DNA of 64,000 bases from Pocillopora damicornis (Eukaryota), in NCBI RefSeq assembly GCF_003704095.1, contig NW_020846126.1:124001-188000 (forward strand), read 5' to 3'. Shown here piece by piece: positions 27,301-35,750 of this stretch. Both the position numbers and the translations under genes were made by a program. Within the stretch, counting starts at the first letter, position 1. Every line of letters starts with the position of its first letter. Under the pieces are notes generated by a model. The model was not told where the DNA came from. It did not search any database and saw only the letters and a list, made by a program, of their open reading frames with translations.

Positions 27301-30300
27301 TTGTCTAATCAAATTCAATTGCACGAGCATGCTTCATATTCCTATTATGCATGCTCATGACATCAGCAAACAAATCCCTCAAGAAAAAAATTTTCCACCA
27401 GGTTGAAAATATTATAAAACAATTGGTTCATACGTCATCTGTGTATTCATCGATATATGAAGCACTTGGGAAGTTTGGAGAGTACTCAAGAAGCTAGAGT
27501 TGCTCTCGGCTACACCTTGAGCAACTCTTATGCATCTTTTGTGCCCTCCAAACTTCCCGTGTGCTTCATATCTCAATGAACACGCGCTGATGTATGAACC
27601 AATTGTTAGTTTGTATACTCACCGCAACAACAGAATTTCCACGTGGGTCTAGGATGCGCACCTTCTTGTCCTGAGAAAGTAAAGGTTAGAAGAATGATGT
27701 CATTGTAGAAATGTACTTTATCAGAATAAAAATTATGTGAAATTCTTATCCGGTATAAAATTAGAAATATAACACTGTCTTATAAATAGCTGACCTTGCT
27801 GGATGTAACTAATAAAGAACCATCCCCTTTCCAGCAAAAACTTTGAACCAAGTCGCGATGGTTTTCCAAATCTGTACCCAAACAAGAAATGATAAAACAC
27901 CCTTTGATTAATACACAACTGCAAATATATGAAAATCATATATGTACACTGCTATTGAAGAAATGGATGTAGAAGCAATCCTCACAGTCACGAATACTAC
28001 TTAACTAGTAGTGAAAATAAGGCTTGGAAAAAATTCAGGTCTGTATGGGATTTGAACTCATGACCTCTGTAATACAGGAGCAGCGCTCTACCAACTGAGC
28101 TAACAAACCAACTGGGAGCTGATCATTATGTTAGTTACAAATAAAACCTCCAAGTGGTGAATACATGACTGTAAATATATGAAAATCATATATGTGCACT
28201 GCACTTATTTTCACTACTAGTTAAGTCACATTCATAACAGCAAGGATCACTTCTACATTCAACCCTTTGATTAATTGTGTTATATAAATGCATGTAGTTC
28301 ATATAGAGTATTATGAAATATTAAATTATTATTTTAGTTAAATAGTAATACTACTCTTATTGCATAATATGATACTGACTGTAGTTCAGCTGCTGTTTCT
28401 GTAGATCCCAGATGGTGACAGACTTCCCACATGAACTAGCTAGTACCTATTTCCAACAATCAGCAAAATCATAGAAAAAAATCACACAAACAGTAGAGTA
28501 TTTTGTGATTTATAATCATGAATGAAATCTCATGTTTTTAAAATTTATGATTCCACATACGGTAGGTAATAAAAAAAGATGCAAATTTAAATAAGGTAAA
28601 ATGTTTTCTTGTGCAAGTCTTTTCATTTAATATTACCAATCATACCATACCTCACTTGCTGCAGGATGGAACAGTACATTTTCTACGCGACCCTTAGAAA
28701 GAGAGTAACAAAAAAAGTAATAAAAAAAGTAAACTCATAATCACTATGGGCATTTTTTGTTCACCCCATGGAATTTTTTAAAGCCATTTAGCAATTGGGT
28801 TGTTGATGTTTTCCTATACATTGTTGTTGTTTTGTATCTTTTTAAAATGGGAGGAGGGATTGAATTACAGTTATAGAAATATTAAAGTTTTATTACTGAT
28901 GTTGTAACTTACAGGCTGCTGTGGAAGAGTACAAAGTGGTGCAGACAGAGTCTCTTTTATGCCTTCCCCTGGAATTTGCCACAGTTTAATCTGCAAACCA
29001 GATAGAAAATAGAACTAGAGTTACAACAGATATTTTGAGCCTGGTCCATTTTGACATTTGACAAGGAGGCAGTAAAAATTAAAATTTTGTAATCTTAGAG
29101 TATTTTCAAACTTCTTAAAAACATCACGGGTAACTGCCATCTTCTCATCAAGTTGTCAGTTTAAGCAGCCTCTACAAGCTTGTGGTTAATAAATTTTCAG
29201 ACACAGAATTAAAAAAAAAATTAAACTTACTGAACAGTCAAAAGAACAAGTTGTAAGAAGCCTTCCATCAGAGGGTGAAAAGTCCAGGTCAGACACAAAA
29301 TCTGAACAAGAGGAAAAGGCCAATAAAAAAAACAGACTAAGTAAGAGAGATAACTTCCTCTCCAGATCAAATGACTGTTTGAAAATGTTCAAGCAAAGCT
29401 GTCCAACAGAGCAAGGAAAATATCATCTAGTAACCAATAAAATTAATAATTCTAATGATAATAATAATAGATGTACCTGCATGAGCATGGAGGAAAGGCA
29501 GTGACTGTTCCTTCCTTCCTACCTCTTCAAGAGGAAGAACACCAAGACTTCCTCCACCTGAGGGATGAATATACTCTGTAAATGGCGATTACCAAATTTT
29601 TACATTGCCCTACTTCTTTAAGGTTTGTATTCTGTACTTCTTAAGAGAAAATTTAATCACTTAATAAAAATTTTTCTACATCTTATCTGCCTGTTTTCCA
29701 TGACCTAAAACAAAGTGGCTGGTTCTTGAATCAAGTAAAAACAACCAAGTTATAGAGGCAATTATTATCTTTGTTTTTTCAACATGCAATTTTCAATAAA
29801 GGTTAAAATAGATGGTGTGATAAGTCTTACCTCCTGCATCCACATTGAATGCCATGAAGATGTCACTTGCTTTGATGTGATTTCCATGGGAGCTCATTAG
29901 GTTTCCAACTCTTATATCAGTAATGGACTCCTAGAAAACAGGAATATTGTTTGGTCAAGTATATAATGTGTTCAAAGAAATATTCATAGACACTGTGCTC
30001 TATAAAAGGATCACTCAAACCACAAAGAGTTTTGACTGCTCTTCCCTTGAGAAAACCTCATGTGGCAATTGGCCAAGTTTGCTGGCAGCAAGCTCTCATA
30101 TATGATGTATTAATTGAAATCCTGTTAAAATCCCTATATATAATTTACAAACCCCACACTTACTGGGAACACACCATCTCCACTCCTATCTGGCTTGCAT
30201 CAAATAACTGCCCCACCCCCCTGGACCCCAGGAAATGGATTTGACTTAATGATTCACTGCAGAGTTGGACTAAAAAATTAAACATAGCCCTTAAATAAGC

Positions 30301-30703
30301 ATACAAGGCTCTAACACACTATGGTCAAGTTTTAAAACAAAGCCTTCAACTGCTGAACATTTGCAGCATAATAGACTTCCAAGGTTTACGATGATTGCAG
30401 TCTAGCATTATTTCTTGCATTTAATCTTAGATGCCAGATAAAATGAAATTGCCTTAGTTTAGTTTCGTACCGGTGCTCTCAAACCCTAATATCTTAAGTA
30501 ATTATACTGCTTGTCTACGAACGCAAGTAGTCTATGAAAAAGAAAAGAACTGAACATAAGTCAAAAGGTAAACTGAAATTTGCGAAGTACGTAGACTGAC
30601 AATCGTCATTGAAGCAAAGATCGTGAACAACAGCGGCACCTACCTCTTTCTTAGGAATCTTCGGAACTGCATTTCGATATTTGGAAGCCTTAAAACGATG
30701 CAT
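18322..30703 (-). CDS. CORO7: Coronin-7 (tandem coronin, POD-1 family), ~29 coding exons
   Basis: Starts MHRFKASKYRNAVPKIPKKE (30644-30703). WD40 exons can be followed in frame (e.g. 29831-29930, 29477-29557, 29231-29301, 28913-28990, 28651-28692, 28380-28446, 27795-27871, 27623-27670, 26990-27076). Second coronin unit begins RTSKFRHLHG (~24300). Two F(H/Q)xDLFPDT motifs. Acidic C-terminus EGVDDDEW|DD* with a 9-nt last coding exon 18322-18330. Confidence 0.95.
19754..19980 (+). mobile_element. ~225-bp MITE with TTAA|CC...GG|TTAA ends (piggyBac-like), in a CORO7 intron
   Basis: TTAACCTCTT...AGAGGGTTAA termini; internal sequence shared with 47141-47338 (inverted) and 48309-48503. Confidence 0.75.
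20864..21319. mobile_element. Degenerate non-autonomous DNA transposon (CAGG...CCTG ends, GTCGCC subterminal repeats)
   Basis: CAGGTGTGATATT versus the reverse complement of AATTTCATGCCCTG; repeated GTAGCCAA/GTTGCCA/GTCGCCAA motifs near both ends; no clean TSD. Confidence 0.5.
21885..22145 (-). mobile_element. Old tRNA-derived SINE copy in a CORO7 intron
   Basis: Minus strand TGGCTCAGTGG (A-box-like) head, GTGTTGTCTCCTTGAGTAAGA core and CTCATGCTACAGAAA tail; related to 23355-23590. Confidence 0.55.
23355..23590 (+). mobile_element. Old tRNA-derived SINE copy in a CORO7 intron
   Basis: GTGGCTTAATG (A box) ... GAGTTCAAGACC (B box) ... TTGTGTCTTAAGGCAAAACA core ... GGGGGAGTA...GTTGCTTCAT tail. 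Confidence 0.55.
27418..27607. repeat. 190-bp near-perfect palindrome (foldback MITE-like)
   Basis: AACAATTGGTTCATAC...GTATGAACCAATTGTT; inner arms GATATATGAAGCAC/GTGCTTCATATC, GGGAAGTTTGGAG/CTCCAAACTTCCC, AGAGTTGCTC/GAGCAACTCT. Confidence 0.9.
27913..28261 (-). mobile_element. tRNA-containing retroposed repeat with direct and inverted modules and a 14-bp TSD
   Basis: ACCCTTTGATTAAT at 27899-27912 and 28262-28275; tRNA-like segment 28039-28109 (-) with TAGCTCAGTTGG and GAGTTCAAATCC boxes; direct repeat ~27918-27952/28168-28202; inverted arms ~27960-28022/28203-28261. Confidence 0.8.
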
Positions 30704-30813
30704 CTTTGCAATTTATCCAATATAAACAAATAATTCACTCAGACAGCTGTTTAATGCTTTTCAGGCACGCGAGAAATCTCGTGAAATCGCCAACTTCCTC
30801 CACCGGGACAACC

Positions 30814-30832
30814 CCGCAATGCCATATGGGAA
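30814..30832 (-). promoter_or_regulatory. ZNF143/Staf-type motif upstream of CORO7
   Basis: Minus strand TTCCCATATGGCATTGCGG, 110 nt upstream of the ATG. Confidence 0.55.
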
Positions 30833-31554
30833 TAGTTTTAAAAATTTCCCGCCCTGCTGGAAATGGGAATGGTAAGGTTCACAAGAAAACAGGAATAATT
30901 TACTCAAATTAACTCAATCTTCTGCTCCTCTTACCGCAAAACATATTCCCAATGGAATTTCCCTAAGTGTTAGCTTCCTAAGCTTCAGGAAACAGAACTC
31001 ATCAGCCATCAAGATGAAGATAAAATGGCTACTGTCTCGGATCAAGTGAGTAGCAAGGAAGGAGGGTTCTCCTCTCCCAAACAAGTCTTCCACGAAAAGT
31101 GCAAGTTTTCATTCACATTCATTTGATATTTATTTACATTGATTTTTTTTACATATACTAGTTCATTTGCCCAAACATAATGTTGGGTATACAGAGCTCA
31201 ATGTAAATTTGAAGTTTAAATATACTCTTTGGCTCTGAAACCATAGAAAGCAGTCTTTGCTGATGACATTTTTCTTTATGCTCCTTTTAATGTCACCTAT
31301 TCTCCCACCATTTCTTGCTGGAACATTCTATCAATTCACTGAAATCTGAACAAGATACCCCATTGTATGCACTTGTGTTTTGCTTGTCAAGTATTTCATG
31401 TTTGAAACTCATGATAGGTAAAGCTTTCTTTTTCACTATTTCACCTAAGAAACAAATTTGAGTTAGATGGAGTTTCACTCTACTTGTGGTATGTACAATA
31501 CAAATTGCCTAGTTTCCAGCCAAAAAATTCTGCTACTTATTTCCCACACAGCAA

Positions 31555-31654
31555 AGTGCAATGAAATACAGATCACATATTTCACCCATGGATTGATAGT
31601 TTTGAGTGCAATGAAATACAGATCACATATTTCACCCATGGATTGATAGTTTTG
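31555..31654. repeat. Perfect 2 x 50-bp tandem duplication in the probable 3' UTR of the TFPT-HMG gene
   Basis: agtgcaatgaaatacagatcacatatttcacccatggattgatagttttg occurs twice. Confidence 0.95.
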
Positions 31655-31920
31655 ATGAGCTTTTAGTAAACAAACTAGAGAGTAACAACAAATATCATTT
31701 GAACTCATAAAAGTTCAGCTGAAAATATGTATTCTTTTAGCTGCAACTCCTAGCTACCAAATTAAAAAAAATAGCCTGTTTGGTAGGGAAAGAGAAAAAA
31801 AGGTAATTACATGAATCATCTTAGGGTAAAAAAATTCAGAAATTTTTTAAGTACCAACAAAAAATTATATCGAGGACACTGATTTAAAATGGCAAGAAAC
31901 TGGGAAACACACTATAGAAA

Positions 31921-33955
31921 CTAAAGAAATGAATCTTGAGGAGAAGAGTGCATCTCTTGATAGTTGTCAAAACCACCATCTTCTCCCGTGAGGGAAAGAA
32001 GCTGCGGCATCGGAATGTGTGGAATATTTAGCTGCATGGAGGCAAGGCTTTGTGGAGACAGTGGGTTGTTTAGAGTTGGTGATTCCACTGAGCTTCTCTG
32101 ATCAGGAGAACCCTTGTTCAAAATGACTGCTGTGGTCTTTGGGGTTGATGATGCAACTGCTTTCTGTTTTGGAGTTTTGGTCCTTGCTTTCTTTACAGGA
32201 GGTTCTTTGGGGACCTTGTCTGATGTGTATTTTTTCATTTCTTTTTCATATCTCTCTTTATCTTTTTCATACATTTCATAGTAAACCTAAAAGATAATAA
32301 AAAACAACCAATAAACAGTCTTTACATGTAAAGAAGTAGGTGATGACTTCAGAGACATTGTTGGCATAACCTGTATGTAAGAAATGCCAATATAATTCCA
32401 AGAGTCAGTTTAGCTTTTATATTGTTTTTAACTGTTTTCCTCTTCCTGCTAGAGGACTTTCCTATAGACAATGCAGGATTGAACAACGTGTAACATTGTA
32501 TAACAATGTCCTTTCTTTTCCAAACCTTTTTATCTTCAGTGTCCAAGTTATTCCATTCCTTGGCAAGTGACTTAGTTAACTCATGGTGTCCTATATTGGG
32601 ATCCTTCTGATCATCTTGCATAACAGTGCGCTGCTGTTGGCAGTACATAAAGAAAGCATTGGCTGGTTTTTTAGGTGCATTTGGATCTTTGTCTTTGTCC
32701 TTGTCCTTTGAGTTATCACGTTTCTTGTTCTTTTTCACAGGTGGTGAGTCTGGACTCATTAATTCACCAGGTAAGAGGGGAGAAGGTGCAGATTTTGGAA
32801 ATGCCTCTGAAACTATTTCTGAGAGTAGTTCAGCCTGGGGAGAGAAAAAAATTGCTATGTTAGATTTTTAGATTGAGATATGAAAAAAAACAACAACAAA
32901 TGTAGCCATACATGTTGCATCCCAGTTAATTAAAGAGTCTTTAAAGGTAATACTTGATGATGACTCCCAAACAAAAATTGGTTGGATAAATCACTTCTTT
33001 TTACAACTAAACATTCCAATGATGATGTGATATACTACAAGGTAATCAATGGAAATATAAAATTAAATTGAGCCTCACCTGAAATGGTGGCTGTGCAGCT
33101 CGATAGTCATCATTATACTCATCTAATCTGTCCTTGAGAAAGCTAAAAACATAATAGATTGAAAAACTAAGAGATACATTTACTTATCATAACATATTCA
33201 CCCTTTCAACTCCAGAAGTAATCATTAAATACTATCTTCTTAAAATTGTCGTACACTGACAACCAAACAGGTAATGAAAACTAAGAAAATTATCAGATTA
33301 TGGAAATAGCCTTGGTATAACTTCAATTCTCTCAAACAGCCCGCAAAGAAACTTAAGGCCACCAGTTAGGGGAGTTAGCCTTTGAATCCTTTTAGTGAAA
33401 TTGTTATTTTTTTTTTAGCATATTCCTTAGTTATGGTCACAACGATATTTTGTTGTTACGAGACTTCTCTTTCTATCATTGCTTTTCTGTAATTTTTCGC
33501 TAGTTCTTGGTACATGTCAGCATTAGCTCTTTCGCTGAATCGTACTCTGTTCATCTCTATCAGTAACAACTTGAGATAAAAGTTTTCTTTTCAAAATTAT
33601 TTTATTGCTTCCAAGTTAGGAGACTATCGGTAAAATTCACCGAGACAGGCAAAATTCTCTTACCTTCGCTGTTTTCGATAGCGCTTTAGAAGAGTCTTAA
33701 CATGGTATATACGATTGACTAATCTCTCGTTCTCCTGTGGATCAAAACAAAGTTAAGGTGATTTTCAACTTCGTCAACACTCAGTAATTAGTAGCCCTGC
33801 ATTTCAAGATATGTTAGTTCTCCCAAAACCGTAGCGTACATCACCTGCTCGATCTGCCTGCAGTGTTTAAGTAAAGTAAAGTATTTTTGTTTGCACACAG
33901 TGTCGTGATCTGTAAAAAGATCTAAAGACACATTTTGATCTTCTTCATCCGCCAT
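31921..33955 (-). CDS. TFPT/INO80F-like coiled-coil protein with an HMG box (Nhp10/Nht1-like INO80 subunit); exons 33845-33955, 33664-33734, 33079-33142, 32526-32834, 31921-32286
   Basis: Spliced reading KYFTLLKHCRQIEQENERLVNRIYHVKTLLKRYRKQRSFLKDRLDEYNDDYRA resembles TFPT ([26 protein letters not shown]...RFLMRVLDSYGDDYRA). It is followed by a canonical HMG box DPNAPKKPANAFFMYCQ...LAKEWNNL...YEKDKERYEKEMKKY. All introns are GT-AG and in phase. Confidence 0.85.
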
Positions 33956-33970
33956 GTTAAATTCTAGCAC

Positions 33971-33988
33971 TACCCAGAGGCCATTGCG
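33971..33988 (+). promoter_or_regulatory. ZNF143/Staf-type motif just upstream of the TFPT-HMG start
   Basis: TACCCAGAGGCCATTGCG. Confidence 0.5.
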
Positions 33989-35750
33989 TTCATATTTCTT
34001 TTGACAATTCCAGGGTAGTCCCTCAGGGATTCTCGGTTTCCTCCTAATGAGAGATGCTACTGGAGACGAGGTTGCAGTCCCTAAATTTTCCTCAACGATT
34101 TTTCGTCACTTTTTCTAATGGTTTTCACTTCATTTGAACAACTAACCATACTGTGCGCAAAAAGGAAAAAAAGAAGCAAAAATTGAACTTGTTAATTTCA
34201 TCTAGACCCGCAAAAAAAATTGATAGGGTAAAAAAAGCTGTGCCTTGCATCATACTAGAGATTTTACCTGGAGGGTGCTATCCTCTATCTCGAATCAACG
34301 CGCTTGTTGCAACAAAGCGATTCAGCTCCTCTTCTCTATGAGCGTTTATTACAAAAAGGTAAACATCAAGTCCAATTGTTAATAGGCGTGGGCGACCGAC
34401 AAGAAACCCTTAGTTACTTTTGCCATTTCAGCGATACAACGAAAATCTCAGTGTTACAGCTGCTAGTGTTAGCTGTTTGATGAATGTCTCAAAATGCAGT
34501 TAACTTAACGTAACTCACTGAAAAGAATAATGGAATTTCATTTACTCAAATACTTTTAAGTGACAAAACGGTCGCTTGGAAATTTCACTCTGTGACATCT
34601 ATCTATTAGGGCCTTTCCGCACTTGCGAAAAAGTGTTTCTTTTGAAAATTTTTCTGTCGTCACCAACATTTTATAAGTGCGGATACTTTGTCGCGACTTG
34701 ACAATTTTTGCCGAAGCGGAAAAATCTTCAAACGCACCGCCGATATAATTTGTCCTGGGTAAAAACTGGACAAAATCGACTGAATAAACAAAACTGTGAT
34801 AAACTTGTCGATCATTTGTCGTAAAAGCCACGACTAGCGTGTAATTGAACTAAAATCAGTGAAATATTGTCTTTTATCGCTTAAGTCGGGGATTCTAAAA
34901 TTTTAAAACGACTTAGGATAAATCATTGAAATTGGAGTCGCACGGAATCCTTTGCCAAACTATGCTGGCCGGTCTTATGAACAGATCAGGCGCTGACGGA
35001 ATTTGATGACTTTGACATTATGAATGCGAATGTAACTGACGAAACCAAAATTTGCCCTTTGATTTTAGCGGGAAAATTCTAGTTTTGTCTGCTAATGCGG
35101 AAAGGCCATTACATACGAAAATTACAGAATCTTCAGATTATTTTGAGAAACATCGATGTCCACGGGTTATGATACATTATGGGTACAAAATCACGTTTAA
35201 CAATTCTATTCCCAGGTTTCAATTCAAATGCATTGTAAAGACAGATGCAACATTCTTCTGCATTCAGATGGATAACAATAAAGTCACAATGTTTTCGTAT
35301 TAGCCTTAGTTAGGTGGTAATTACTGAAGAAGTGATGTTTATACAGTACAATCATTTCAACCTGAATCTTTTGTTTTAAATTTGTCTCACGATTGTTATA
35401 TTAAAACAAAATGTAATGTTTCGATTAAGTGACTAACAATAGGTTCAGTTGGCTTATTAAGAATCGTTTTGCGGATTGTGCCGTTAACTACGGTAAAAGC
35501 AACGACACCTAACTGATTGTAATTTCTATTGAATGGTCAACCCACATGTGTCCAATCCACCTTCGCAGGGGAGACAATTCGTCGCCCCTTTAAATTTCTA
35601 AATCTAGTAATCATACAGGTGCACAAATGAAATCTTGAGCAAAGGCTGCTTTCTGAGCCTCACAGACCCAGAAGGATTAACAGCTTCCTTGTGATAAAAC
35701 AAAGCGCTGAATCAAACAACTGAAGATACAAAAACTCCTTGCTTCCTAAA

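Noticed and set aside
28039-28109. Functional tRNA gene
   Set aside because: Stems are imperfect and it is embedded in a TSD-flanked repeat; treated as a SINE-like part
30975-31045. Hammerhead ribozyme (CTGATGAG on the minus strand)
   Set aside because: GAGAC instead of GAAAC, no convincing helix II, and helix I register is off
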